Virus record (IMG/VR): IMGVR_UViG_3300045912_000789
Location: 107,910-171,909 of that record
DNA: 64,000 bases
Reading direction: 5' to 3' (one strand)
DNA from: a virus
Both the position numbers and the translations under genes were made by a program. The notes beneath the pieces were generated by a model. That model worked only from the letters and a program-made list of their open reading frames with translations. It did not search any database and had not been told where the DNA came from. Positions 36,689 through 46,004 of the stretch are shown here, piece by piece. How positions within the stretch are numbered: position 1 is the first letter of the stretch; each line of letters opens with the position of its first letter.

Positions 36689-36709
36689 CCTGTACCCTCA
36701 ACCCTCTCC

Positions 36710-36738
36710 GGCGGGCGCCCTTGCGCCCGCCTTCCTTT
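36710..36738 (+). terminator. intrinsic terminator
   Basis: GGCGGGCGC-CCTT-GCGCCCGCC-TTCCTTT. Confidence 0.65.
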
Positions 36739-36743
36739 GCCCC

Positions 36744-37238
36744 ATGAACGTCTTCTTCAACTGGCAGCGCATCAGGGAGATCACGGATCTCTACCTGCTG
36801 AAGGCTTCTTCGTCTCTGCGCGAAGGGCTCTTCTTCTTTCCCCACGCGTTCGGCTTCATGGCCAGCGTGGACGAGGAACAGAACGGGCTGCACGTCGCAG
36901 TCCCGCCCAAGATGGTTCGAGATCGTGCGATGTTCGACGGCTTCGTTCGCTACGTCGCGCACAGTCTTCCTCCGCAGGGACGGATCGAGGCCGCAGGCTT
37001 CCTGGTCCTCCTTCCGCGAGAACTTGCAGCGGAGATCGTAGAGGTCGGTCCTTCGGTCCCCGACGTGAAGCACGACCTCGTGTCGATCTTCCACGTCGAA
37101 CACGTGTTCGACGGCGTCCACACCTGGGTGCTCGATCGCCCCGACGGAGAGTGGAAGCTGGTCGCGACGGGTACGCGCAGCACAATCCCGCCGTGTCTCC
37201 CCACGAGGGCGTACGGCAACACCGTGGGGCAGGCATGA
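36744..37238 (+). CDS. hypothetical protein
   Basis: Coupled to dcd. Confidence 0.55.
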   Translation: MNVFFNWQRIREITDLYLLKASSSLREGLFFFPHAFGFMASVDEEQNGLHVAVPPKMVRDRAMFDGFVRYVAHSLPPQGRIEAAGFLVLLPRELAAEIVEVGPSVPDVKHDLVSIFHVEHVFDGVHTWVLDRPDGEWKLVATGTRSTIPPCLPTRAYGNTVGQA

Positions 37239-37834
37239 ATCTGAGCGATACGACGATCAAGTGGCGGTGGCAGGACCTCTTCCCCGCAGGGCACGGAGAG
37301 AACGACTCGATCGACAAGGACGTGCAGATCCAACCCTCGACGGTGGATCTCCGGCTCGGTCGGGTCTTCTACGTCCGCAAGGATCCGATGCTCACGCCCG
37401 GGATGATCGACCCCCGCACCTCGGACTCGACGAAGTACTTCGAGCGCATCGAGATGGAGGAGGGTAAGCCGATCATCATGTACCCCGGCCTGGCGGGGTT
37501 CATGCTCGGGCAGACGATGGAGTACGTCTCGATCCCTCCGGACCTCGTCGGCTTCGTCGATGGGCGCAGCAGCTACGGTCGCTGGGGCCTGCGCATCCAC
37601 AGCACTGCGGGCCTCATCGACGCGGGGTTCCGAGGGATCATCACCCTGGAGATCTCGCTGGACGGACAGCACCTGATGGAGCTGCATCCCGGCGAACGGA
37701 TCTGCCAGATCCGCTTCGAGAAGCTGGACCAGCCGTCCCGGCGCCCGTACGGGCACGAGACGCGCCGGTCGAAGTACCAGAACCAGACCGGGACTACCCC
37801 GAGTCTGTCGAACAAGGACGGAGAACACACATGA
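37235..37834 (+). CDS. dcd: dCTP deaminase
   Basis: IQPSTVDLRLG, GRSSYGRWGL, TAGLIDAGFRG.ITLE, SKYQNQ. Confidence 0.93.
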   Translation: MNLSDTTIKWRWQDLFPAGHGENDSIDKDVQIQPSTVDLRLGRVFYVRKDPMLTPGMIDPRTSDSTKYFERIEMEEGKPIIMYPGLAGFMLGQTMEYVSIPPDLVGFVDGRSSYGRWGLRIHSTAGLIDAGFRGIITLEISLDGQHLMELHPGERICQIRFEKLDQPSRRPYGHETRRSKYQNQTGTTPSLSNKDGEHT

Positions 37835-38394
37835 GCGATGCGAACGAAGGGAAGCCCGTGTACGTCGACGAGGTCACCAAGCTCAAGAACGAGCTGGCGG
37901 GCAAGCAGGCGGCGATCAACGAGTTCCTCCGAGGTCTCCAGGACAAGGACATGGAGATCAAGAGGCTCATCGAGCAGCGCGGCAGACGAGACGATTGCAT
38001 CGAGAACCTGGAGAAGCTCACCCGCAACCAGAAGCGAACCGAGGCGGAGCTGCTGCGGCGCGAGCGCCTGGCCCATCTGCTCGTCGACCAGGTGACGCAG
38101 CTTCTGTACGAGCTGCACGAGGAGCTGTCCGGCGAGGAGTACCAGAAGATCGAGAAGATCAAGGCCCTCACCGCCCGCATGCAGCGCCTCATCATGCCCA
38201 CCGCGCAGATCAACCTGCTCGACTTCTCGATGCAGCTCCGCGCCTGGACCAAGGACGACGAGGAGTTCAAGAAGCGCCTCGCGGACATGGGCTTCAGCGA
38301 GTGGGAGACGATCACTGCGGACCTCAGCAAGTCCTTCCACCTCGAACCCGAACCGGACCCCCAGCAGACCCTCAACTTCACCGGCACGAGATGA
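37831..38394 (+). CDS. coiled-coil hypothetical protein
   Basis: Coupled ORF. Confidence 0.65.
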   Translation: MSDANEGKPVYVDEVTKLKNELAGKQAAINEFLRGLQDKDMEIKRLIEQRGRRDDCIENLEKLTRNQKRTEAELLRRERLAHLLVDQVTQLLYELHEELSGEEYQKIEKIKALTARMQRLIMPTAQINLLDFSMQLRAWTKDDEEFKKRLADMGFSEWETITADLSKSFHLEPEPDPQQTLNFTGTR

Positions 38395-39749
38395 ACATCT
38401 ACATCCGAGACGATCTTCCTCCGGAGAGCTTGGCCATGCTCCAGGCTCTCTACTCCCGCTCGCCGGCCTCGGTCGTCGAGCACATCAAGAAGGTCGAAGC
38501 GGTCGGCGCCGATCGCTTCATGAAGAACTACTACGTGGGCTACGGCCACCGCAGCATCGGCGACTGCGGGAGCACCACGCTCTTCGTCGAGGGCGTCTCC
38601 ATGCTCGCGGCGAAGGCGATCCAGGATTGGCCGCTCTACCGCGGTCAGGAGGCCTCGACCCGCTACATGGACTTCTCCACCGTCAAGATCGAGGATCCGG
38701 TCGGTACGCTGGGCAGCCGTGAGATCCAGGACGCGTGGATGACCTTCTACCACGCGGCCCCGGACGCCGTACGTCAGCACCTGCTGGAGAAGTACCCCCG
38801 CCAGCCCGACGAGAAGGAGGACGTCTACGAGCGTGCGATCAACGCCCGCAAGTTCGACATCCTTCGCGCGTTCCTGCCCGCCGGGGCCACCACGAACCTC
38901 TCGTGGCACGTGGACCTGCGCCAGGCGGACGACCACCTGAAGTGGCTCACCGAGCACCCGGATCCGACGATTCGCCAGCTCTCGTACAAGATCCAGGACG
39001 CGCTCGACGAGAAGTACCCGTCGAGCTTCATCGAGCCCGAGGAGCCCGACGAGAAGAAGCGCCTCGCGCGAGAGCAGGCGAACGAGGCAGCGCGCGCGTG
39101 GCGGGGTCAGATGGCCGACCGCTACACCTACTTCGACGACGACATCCATCTCGCGCACGACCCGAAGCCTCGGCCGGTCTCGGTGCAGACGTCGATCCAC
39201 GACTACCACCTCCACGAGGTCGCGGATCTTCTCGCGTCGCGTCCGCGGCGCGCCGAGCTGCCGCCGTGGATGTCGAAGTACGGGACGCTCCGGTCGAGCT
39301 TCCTCCTCGACTTCGGCTCGTTCCGGGATCTCCAGCGCCACCGCAACGGCGTCGTCCGGATGCCGCTGCTCACCACGCGCTGGGGCTTCCACGCGTGGTA
39401 CCTCTCCGAGCTACCCGAGGCGCTCGTCAAGGAGGCGAAGCGTCTGGTCGAGGTCCAGAAGACCCGGCTGCGTGCACTCGATCTCTCGGGGGTCCCGAAG
39501 GTCGTCCAGCAGTACTACTGCGCGATGGGCTTCATGGTGGCCTGCGAGGTGACCCAGCCGCTGCCGGCGTGGGTCTACCGAGTCGAGCTGCGCACGAGCC
39601 CCAGCGTGCACCCCACGCTGCGGTCGGTGACGCAGGAGGAGGCGCGCCAGTTCAAGGAGCGCTTCCCCAAGATCGCACTGCACGCGGACATGAGCCCGGA
39701 CACCTGGGACACCCGCCGCGGGAAGCAGACGATCATCGAGAAGGCGTGA
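38391..39749 (+). CDS. thyX: FAD-dependent thymidylate synthase, long (tandem-domain) form
   Basis: YYVGYGHRSIGD, QEASTRY, FDILRAFLP..ATTN, DFGSFRDLQRHR. Confidence 0.85.
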   Translation: MNIYIRDDLPPESLAMLQALYSRSPASVVEHIKKVEAVGADRFMKNYYVGYGHRSIGDCGSTTLFVEGVSMLAAKAIQDWPLYRGQEASTRYMDFSTVKIEDPVGTLGSREIQDAWMTFYHAAPDAVRQHLLEKYPRQPDEKEDVYERAINARKFDILRAFLPAGATTNLSWHVDLRQADDHLKWLTEHPDPTIRQLSYKIQDALDEKYPSSFIEPEEPDEKKRLAREQANEAARAWRGQMADRYTYFDDDIHLAHDPKPRPVSVQTSIHDYHLHEVADLLASRPRRAELPPWMSKYGTLRSSFLLDFGSFRDLQRHRNGVVRMPLLTTRWGFHAWYLSELPEALVKEAKRLVEVQKTRLRALDLSGVPKVVQQYYCAMGFMVACEVTQPLPAWVYRVELRTSPSVHPTLRSVTQEEARQFKERFPKIALHADMSPDTWDTRRGKQTIIEKA

Positions 39750-39767
39750 ACCAGCACGCCCAAGGTG

Positions 39768-39774
39768 CTATAAG
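39768..39774 (+). promoter_or_regulatory. CTATNAG element (CTATAAG) upstream of tmRNA
   Basis: 35 nt before tmRNA 5' end. Confidence 0.65.
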
Positions 39775-39809
39775 CATGTGAGCGCGTGAGACTGGTCTCT
39801 CGCGCTTCT

Positions 39810-40215
39810 GGGCCTGTAACGGTTTCGACGTGGTGATCGACGACTGTGTAGCGTGCCGGGGTTGATCGGTGGGCCCCGTTATCAAGCCGATCGTCTGTAG
39901 CTGCGAACGACAACAGCTACGCTCCGGCCGCTCTCGCGGCCTGAGCCGTTCGGGTGAGGAGGCCGGCGGCCTCACCCGGGCGTCATTCAGCCGGAGCAAC
40001 CTGCGCGGCGCACTCGGTGCGCAGGCCAAGGCAGTAGACCCGAGCGCTGGTGGAGGGCACACGAATCACCGTGCGCCCCTCCGCGAGCCTGATCGAGGCA
40101 TGAGACGCGGGCGCCCTACGGGGCCAAGGTTCTCGGAATCCTCAAGTATCGATCTACGCACGTAGACGCACAGAAGAAGGCATCACGGACCCGGGTTCGA
40201 CTCCCGGCGGGTCCA
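39810..40215 (+). ncRNA. ssrA: tmRNA; tag (A)ANDNSYAPAALAA at 39903-39944
   Basis: 5' GGGCCTG pairs with 3' CGGGTCC-A including G3:U; GGTTTCGAC 5' motif; T-arm CCGGGTTCGACTCCCGG; tag ORF ends LAA-TGA. Confidence 0.95.
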
Positions 40216-40282
40216 TCAACGAAGGGAGGGTAGGATCATGCGCTCCGCCGGCTAAACCCGGCGATCACAACGCCCATCCCGC

Positions 40283-40323
40283 GAGGGGCCCACCGGCGCA
40301 GCCGGCTCGGGCCCTTCGTCTTT
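40283..40323 (+). terminator. terminator after tmRNA
   Basis: AGGGGCCC-ACCGGC-GCA-GCCGGCTC-GGGCCCTT then CGTCTTT. Confidence 0.55.
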
Positions 40324-40327
40324 CGTC

Positions 40328-40334
40328 CTATCAG
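40328..40334 (+). promoter_or_regulatory. CTATNAG element (CTATCAG)
   Basis: Between terminator and a 17-bp leader stem (40340-40399). Confidence 0.65.
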
Positions 40335-40413
40335 ATCGTGGAGGGGGACCGCGCACAGCTCTCCTCGGAGCCCAGCTCCCTGGTGCGCGGTCTCCCTCTG
40401 CTGAAAGGACGCC

Positions 40414-40725
40414 ATGAAGTACAACAATGTAGCGATCATCCCGGAGCCCGGGCTGGATGGGATGTCGTACCCGGTGCGCCGGATCGGCCTGGCACTGGGC
40501 TTCGGCAGCAAGGGAGGCAACCTCTCCCACCACATCAACGGGAAGTACAAGAAGATCTTCCGGAAGGACCTGCACTACACCGTGCGGTCGCACCGCATGA
40601 TCTACATGCCGATCGGCCCGCTCCTCACGCTGCTCGGGCTCGTCTCTCACGACGAGCCGAAGTACGCTGCGGCTGTCCTTCGCTTCCTCCCGAAGCTGCT
40701 CGCCTACCACAAGGAGATCGCGTGA
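40414..40725 (+). CDS. BRO-N-like DNA-binding protein
   Basis: YPVRRIGLALGF...F..DLHY resembles BRO N-terminal domains. Confidence 0.45.
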   Translation: MKYNNVAIIPEPGLDGMSYPVRRIGLALGFGSKGGNLSHHINGKYKKIFRKDLHYTVRSHRMIYMPIGPLLTLLGLVSHDEPKYAAAVLRFLPKLLAYHKEIA

Positions 40726-41642
40726 ACGTCACCTACATCGCCCGGAACGGCAAGGCCGGGTTCAAGTCCTCGGGCACCGGCCCGCTCCCCCCGCCGATCG
40801 GCGGACGCCACATCGACAAGACCCTCTGGCTGGTGTCGCAGCTCGAAATGCCCTCGGGCTTCGGCAGCATCCAGAACTGCCACGACAAGGCCGTGATGTC
40901 GGCCGGCATGCTGCACCACATCGCGGTGGTGCCGAAGCAGATGACCCAGGGCTCGCTGTGGAAGCTCCTGATGCGCATGCGCAGCAGCAACAGCGAGGCC
41001 GTCGTCGCTCTCTACGATCGCCTGGAGAAGAAGAAGAACTGGCAGATCGGTCGGGACGGCGTTCTGCGCGACATGAAGACCGGGGCCGCCGTCACCGGCC
41101 GCGCCATCATGAACGAGATCACGCAGAGCGACGATGCCGTGGTTCCTCCGCCCGGGGAGCCGGGTCACGCGGTCGCGAAGGAGTGGGCGCAGATGTTCGC
41201 TGCGGCGTTCGCCGACTCCTCCACCTACGCCATCCAGGAGGCGTTCGCGGCCGAGTGGATGCTCCAGAGCTACATGGCCGAGGAGACCGTGGGGTACGTC
41301 CGGGCGACCGGCGAGAAGGGCATCACCAGCGCCATCGCGGCCCACCGCACGGACCTCGTGCCGTACGCGGATCTCACGATGGCGGTCTACCACTCCTTCA
41401 GCGCGAACGCGCCGTCGGTGGCGAAGCAGTGCCTCGTCGAGATGAACTCGAAGACCGGTCTGAAGCCGTTCGAGTGGTGCCAGGCGCTGGTCAAGAAGCT
41501 CGGCACGCGGAAGTACAAGAACTGGGCCGATCGCGAGGACAACACCTCGCGCTACGACCGCACGCGCCTGGCTGCCCACCGCTCGGGCATCTGGGATCCC
41601 GCCACCGTGATCGCCGTCATGCCGGAGAACTTCCGTGGCTGA
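40722..41642 (+). CDS. possible lysozyme-like cell-wall hydrolase
   Basis: VSQLE...FGSIQNCHDKAVMSAGMLH resembles E...N.YD...S.G..Q lysozyme-like motifs; weak. Confidence 0.4.
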   Translation: MNVTYIARNGKAGFKSSGTGPLPPPIGGRHIDKTLWLVSQLEMPSGFGSIQNCHDKAVMSAGMLHHIAVVPKQMTQGSLWKLLMRMRSSNSEAVVALYDRLEKKKNWQIGRDGVLRDMKTGAAVTGRAIMNEITQSDDAVVPPPGEPGHAVAKEWAQMFAAAFADSSTYAIQEAFAAEWMLQSYMAEETVGYVRATGEKGITSAIAAHRTDLVPYADLTMAVYHSFSANAPSVAKQCLVEMNSKTGLKPFEWCQALVKKLGTRKYKNWADREDNTSRYDRTRLAAHRSGIWDPATVIAVMPENFRG

Positions 41643-41856
41643 GACGGCGGACTTCCCCGGCTGCGTCGTGGTCGGAGATCACGGCAAGACCCTGATGATC
41701 AAGGTGCCGCTCAACAAGGACGGCACCAAGACGAAGACCGTGTCGATCCCCAAGTCGCAGATCGACGACGACAGCGAAGTCTACGACGCCGACAAGAACA
41801 GCACCGGCAAGCTCATCATCCCGATGTGGCTGGCCGAGGATAGAGGACTGATCTGA
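41635..41856 (+). CDS. small phage hypothetical protein
   Basis: IPKSQI...LIIPMWLA..GL. Confidence 0.7.
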   Translation: MAETADFPGCVVVGDHGKTLMIKVPLNKDGTKTKTVSIPKSQIDDDSEVYDADKNSTGKLIIPMWLAEDRGLI

Positions 41857-42461
41857 TGAGGACCGAGAGGATCTACCTGGCGTCGAGCTGGCGCAACATC
41901 TACCAGCCTGACCTGATCACCATGCTCCGCAGCAACGGGTTCGAGGTCTACGACTTCCGCAACCCGCAGACCGGCGGCCCCCAGGGCTACCGCACGCCCG
42001 CGCAGGGCTTCTCCTGGCGTCAGGTCGACGCGGACTGGGGCCGCAGTCGGGAGAACCTGCTCCACCGCTACCGCGAGATGCTGAAGCATCCCGTGGCGCA
42101 GGAGGGCTTCGAGTCCGACTTCAACGCCATGAAGTGGGCGGACACCTGCGTGATCGCTTTGCCCTCGGGTCGCAGCGCGCACCTGGAGTGCGGCTGGATG
42201 GCCGGTGCCGGCAAGAAGATCGTCGTCTACATGCCGCCGGCGACGCAGATCTGCGTGGAGTGCCGGGGCAGCAACTGGGTCGCCGGCAACGACTTCATGC
42301 GCAACGACCAGTGCAAGCCCTGCGAGGGCACCGGTCACCAGCTCCTCTGGAACTTCGAGCCCGAGCTGATGTACATGATCGGAGACAGCAACCCCGACAA
42401 CGTGCTCGCGTTCAGCCACGACGAGATGCTGAGGCTGCTCCGCGGCACGGAGGCAACATGA
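41856..42461 (+). CDS. nucleoside 2-deoxyribosyltransferase-like protein with DnaJ-type Zn insert
   Basis: IYLASSWRN; D..AM.WAD..V..LP.GRSAHLE.GW..G.GK; CVECRG...CKPCEGTG. Confidence 0.7.
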   Translation: MRTERIYLASSWRNIYQPDLITMLRSNGFEVYDFRNPQTGGPQGYRTPAQGFSWRQVDADWGRSRENLLHRYREMLKHPVAQEGFESDFNAMKWADTCVIALPSGRSAHLECGWMAGAGKKIVVYMPPATQICVECRGSNWVAGNDFMRNDQCKPCEGTGHQLLWNFEPELMYMIGDSNPDNVLAFSHDEMLRLLRGTEAT

Positions 42462-42847
42462 AGACGATCAAGGAGTACTCGCCCTACATCGTGGAGGCGT
42501 GGGCGGTCTGGGAGGTGATGCGCAAGCTCGGCTTCAAGGCCGACGACATCTACTGGATCTTCGGCAACACGCTGAACGCGAATCCGGCCCCCGGCATGGC
42601 TCTCAACATCGTGCTGCGTACGCAGGGCAAGGAGCTGTCCGTGACCTGCTCGATGCGCCTCACCGACGACGAGGCGAAGAAGTTGGAGGAGGACTCGCGA
42701 GAGTTCCAGGAGACGCTGAACGCCGGCAAGTTCGACGAGGCCGACCTCACCGAGCACCTCCACAAGTCGTACGTCTGGACGAACAAGGAGCGCTTCCTGC
42801 TCGTCCTCAAGGCGAAGGGGTTCGAGTACCCCTTCAAGCTGAACTGA
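42458..42847 (+). CDS. hypothetical protein
   Basis: GGAGG RBS; ATGA coupling. Confidence 0.7.
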   Translation: MKTIKEYSPYIVEAWAVWEVMRKLGFKADDIYWIFGNTLNANPAPGMALNIVLRTQGKELSVTCSMRLTDDEAKKLEEDSREFQETLNAGKFDEADLTEHLHKSYVWTNKERFLLVLKAKGFEYPFKLN

Positions 42848-42849
42848 TC

Positions 42850-43254
42850 ATGGGCAACCCCCGTGATCTCTGGCGTCCGAAGTACCCCGAGCGCGAGGGC
42901 GGTCAGTGCGCCGGCTGCCCGTTCGGGAAGGACAACGACAAGCAGTTCGGTACGATCCTGAGCCACATCAGGAAGAAGGCTGGCGACGATACGCCGATCA
43001 CGAAGGTGGACATCGCTGCCGCGCGCATCCAGGTGCAGATGGAGCGCGAGACCATGGGCGGCGACTTCATCTGCCACGCGACGGCGTACGGGCCGGGCAC
43101 TGAACTGAACGATCAGTCCGAGTTCAGGCAGTGCCCCGGCGCGTCGGAGTACTACCGGAACCTGCCGGTTCCCTCCTATCAGCGTAAGGAGGACCATGGC
43201 AGACGATCAGGTGGTGAAGTACCTCGACGAAGACGACTTCGTTCGGGCTCCTGA
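42850..43254 (+). CDS. Cys-rich hypothetical protein
   Basis: CAGCPF...FICH...CPGA. Confidence 0.6.
   Translation: MGNPRDLWRPKYPEREGGQCAGCPFGKDNDKQFGTILSHIRKKAGDDTPITKVDIAAARIQVQMERETMGGDFICHATAYGPGTELNDQSEFRQCPGASEYYRNLPVPSYQRKEDHGRRSGGEVPRRRRLRSGS
43176..43182 (+). promoter_or_regulatory. CTATNAG element (CTATCAG) inside upstream CDS
   Basis: Directly before AAGGAGG RBS of 43196. Confidence 0.6.
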
Positions 43255-43600
43255 GCCATTCAATCACATCGTTGCCAGCCCCGTCTTCAGCCCCGTCTGG
43301 GGGCGGGGCTGGCTCGGGTACACCGTCGTCGGAGACCAGATCGATCTCTGGTTCGTGTACGGTGATCGTAGCGGCGCCAGGCTGCTCGACTACCTCAACC
43401 TGATGACGTACAACGATCGCCAGAACAGTCAGCTCTGGATGATCCTGGTGGGGGCGAAGTCGTGGGACGACGGGTACCACGACGAGGTTCGTCATCAGAC
43501 GCTGACGTTTTTGCTGAACCCGCCCGAGGACAGTGTAGTGTTCCGGGTACCGGCTGGGCTGACACAGGCCCTGAAGGACATCGAACGTGACCACCGATGA
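43196..43600 (+). CDS. hypothetical protein
   Basis: AAGGAGG RBS. Confidence 0.65.
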   Translation: MADDQVVKYLDEDDFVRAPEPFNHIVASPVFSPVWGRGWLGYTVVGDQIDLWFVYGDRSGARLLDYLNLMTYNDRQNSQLWMILVGAKSWDDGYHDEVRHQTLTFLLNPPEDSVVFRVPAGLTQALKDIERDHR

Positions 43601-44732
43601 GATCGATCTGGGCGGCAGAGACAAGGCCTCGTCCGAGGCTGCGGCTCTCGACGCCGACAAGCTGATCACCGTCAAGGGCGAGATCATCGACCTCTCCAAG
43701 AAGTTCTGGAGGGAAGGCTGGGGCTTCGGCAAGGTGAAGCCCCGTGGCGCGGATCCCATCCGCATCACCGGCATTCTCCAGGGCTTCCAGGTCGGACAGC
43801 TCGTGTCGATCGTGGGCAAGTACCACGAGGGCCGGTATGGGGTGGAGCTGCGCGTCGAGACCATCGTCGTCGAGGATCCCACGGACCAGCGCGGCATCCG
43901 CCAGTGGCTCATCGACCGCATCCCACAGATCGGTCCGAAGCGGGCCGAAGAGGTGGCGCGGCGGTTCGGTGACAAGATCTGGGAGGTGCTCGACACCACG
44001 CCGTACTTCCTGACTGAGGTGGATGGCATCACCGCTGGGCGCGTCGACGAGATCGTCCGTGCCTGGAACGAGCACAAGAAGGAGCGCGAGAAGTACGTGC
44101 CCTTCTACGACCTCGGGCTCAGCCATCGGGAGGCGAAGGCCGCTGCCAAGGCCGAGGTCTCCGTGGAGGAGATCGTGGCCGACCCGTTTGTGCTCTACCT
44201 GCGGGTGCCCGGCATCAGCTTCGCGCGCAACGACATCATCGCGGCGCGCGCGAACAGCGCTCGCACGGCCCCGAGCCGGCTTGCTGCCGCGGCCATCCAG
44301 GTCGTGAAGGATGCGGCCTACGACGGCCACACCGGCGTCGACGAGGAGTACATCGTCGAGCATGCTGCGGCGCTCGCCGGGATCCCCCACTCGAAGGCGC
44401 GGGAAGGGCTCGGCTCGGCCATTCGAGGAGAGTTCTTGTCGGTCAGCGAGGAGGACGGCATGATCATGCTGCCGAAGTACTCGAAGGCCGAGGCTGGTAT
44501 CGCAGCCAAGATCGAACACCTACTGAACCCCGAAGAGGCACATGGACACGATCACCCTCGACCCCACGCAGGAGGAGGCAGTCAAGATGATGCTCACGCA
44601 GAAGGTGGGCATCGTGACGGGCGGGCCGGGGACTGGGAAGAGCACGATCCTTCACAGCTTCCTGGACCGTTCGACGGCGAAGCACGTGGCGCTGGTGGCG
44701 CCGACTGGGAAGGCAGCGAAGAGGATCGCTGA
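43587..44732 (+). CDS. recD2: RecD2-like helicase, N-terminal (OB/HhH) half; similarity ends near 44530
   Basis: G.Y..GRYG.E..V, IPQIGPKRAEE....FG, L.EVDGI, DPFVL...PGISF, AE..IA. Confidence 0.8.
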   Translation: MTTDEIDLGGRDKASSEAAALDADKLITVKGEIIDLSKKFWREGWGFGKVKPRGADPIRITGILQGFQVGQLVSIVGKYHEGRYGVELRVETIVVEDPTDQRGIRQWLIDRIPQIGPKRAEEVARRFGDKIWEVLDTTPYFLTEVDGITAGRVDEIVRAWNEHKKEREKYVPFYDLGLSHREAKAAAKAEVSVEEIVADPFVLYLRVPGISFARNDIIAARANSARTAPSRLAAAAIQVVKDAAYDGHTGVDEEYIVEHAAALAGIPHSKAREGLGSAIRGEFLSVSEEDGMIMLPKYSKAEAGIAAKIEHLLNPEEAHGHDHPRPHAGGGSQDDAHAEGGHRDGRAGDWEEHDPSQLPGPFDGEARGAGGADWEGSEEDR

Positions 44733-45759
44733 GGTCACCCAGTACGAAGCGATGACGGTGCATCGCCTCCTCGGGGCGAAGCCGTCGGAAGGCGACGAAG
44801 GCTGGCACTTCGAGTTCGGTCCTCACAACCTCCTCACGCACGATGTGATCGTGTGCGACGAGGCGTCGATGCTGGACGCGGAGACCTGCCACTACCTGCT
44901 CCAGGCGGTGGACACGCACCGCACCCGCGTCTTCTTCATCGGGGACGCCAACCAGCTCCCCAGCGTCGGGCCGGGGCAGGTGTTCGCCGACCTGATCAAC
45001 AGCGGACGGATCCCGGTGAAGCGTCTGACGCACGTTCATCGTGCTGCGGCGAAGAGCTGGGTCTGCCGCAACGCGCCGTTCATCCTCAACGGAGACATCG
45101 ACATCATCACGAGCTGCGACGATTTCCGGTTCTACAACATCGACGACCCGGAACGAATCGCGCGTGTGGTGGTGGAACTGGTCACCGAGAAGATGCCGTC
45201 CGCGGGCGTGAAGAACATCCAGGTCCTCACGCTACAGAACGCGGGGCAGATCGGAGTGGAGTCGCTCAACAAGTACCTCCAGTCCAAGATCAACCCGGTC
45301 GCCGGGCGTCACGAGGAGTTCATCGCCGTGCGCGCCAGCAAGGGCACGGTCTACGAGCTTCGAGTGAACGACCTGGTGATGGCCACCGAGAACGACTACC
45401 ATCGCTTCGTGTTCAACGGTGAGATCGGTACCGTTCTCGAAGTGGACCCCTCGACGAAGAAGATGGAGGTCGCCTTCGACGGCCGCATCGTGGAGTTCGA
45501 CGCGGAGTCGGTGAAGACGCTGCGGCTGGCGTACGCGCTGACCGTGCATAAGTCGCAGGGATCGGAGTGGGACTGGGTCGTCGTGGTCTGCCACGGATCG
45601 CACGACTACATGTGGAGCCAGCAGCTCCTCTACACGGCGGTCACGCGGGCGAAGAAGGGCGTGGTCATCATCGGCGATCACGCCGGTCTGGGCGCGGCAC
45701 TGGTCAACGACGAGCCGCGGCGGCGCATGACGACGCTCGCGAGGAGGTTGGGAACATGA
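44542..45759 (+). CDS. recD2: RecD2-like SF1B helicase, ATPase half
   Basis: TGGPGTGKS, APTGKAAKR, DEASM, GDANQLPSVGPG, FNGEIG, AYALTVHKSQGSE, LYTAVTRAK. Confidence 0.93.
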   Translation: MDTITLDPTQEEAVKMMLTQKVGIVTGGPGTGKSTILHSFLDRSTAKHVALVAPTGKAAKRIAEVTQYEAMTVHRLLGAKPSEGDEGWHFEFGPHNLLTHDVIVCDEASMLDAETCHYLLQAVDTHRTRVFFIGDANQLPSVGPGQVFADLINSGRIPVKRLTHVHRAAAKSWVCRNAPFILNGDIDIITSCDDFRFYNIDDPERIARVVVELVTEKMPSAGVKNIQVLTLQNAGQIGVESLNKYLQSKINPVAGRHEEFIAVRASKGTVYELRVNDLVMATENDYHRFVFNGEIGTVLEVDPSTKKMEVAFDGRIVEFDAESVKTLRLAYALTVHKSQGSEWDWVVVVCHGSHDYMWSQQLLYTAVTRAKKGVVIIGDHAGLGAALVNDEPRRRMTTLARRLGT

Positions 45760-46004
45760 TGGACCTGCTCCTCGTCGTGATCCTCGTGATCATCGCCGTG
45801 TACGTGTACTTCAACTATGACATCAACCGGGGTCCAGAGGTTCACGATCCACTGGACCCATTCCCGGCACCAGAGGAACCGCATGCGAGTGATCATCGCG
45901 GGGAGCCGCTCCATCAAGGAGATGGACGTGCTCAAGGAAGCGATCCGGCTGTCGAACTACGAGATCACCGAGGTGGTGAGCGGCGGCGCCGGAGGAGTGG
46001 ATAG
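45756..46004 (+). CDS. small membrane protein (overlaps next gene)
   Basis: LLLVVILVIIAVYVYF helix; ATGA coupling. Confidence 0.45.
   Translation: MMDLLLVVILVIIAVYVYFNYDINRGPEVHDPLDPFPAPEEPHASDHRGEPLHQGDGRAQGSDPAVELRDHRGGERRRRRSG

Noticed and set aside
40186-40215. Stand-alone tRNA or att-site tRNA fragment
   Set aside because: It is the T-arm and acceptor end of the tmRNA, pairing with 39810-39816.
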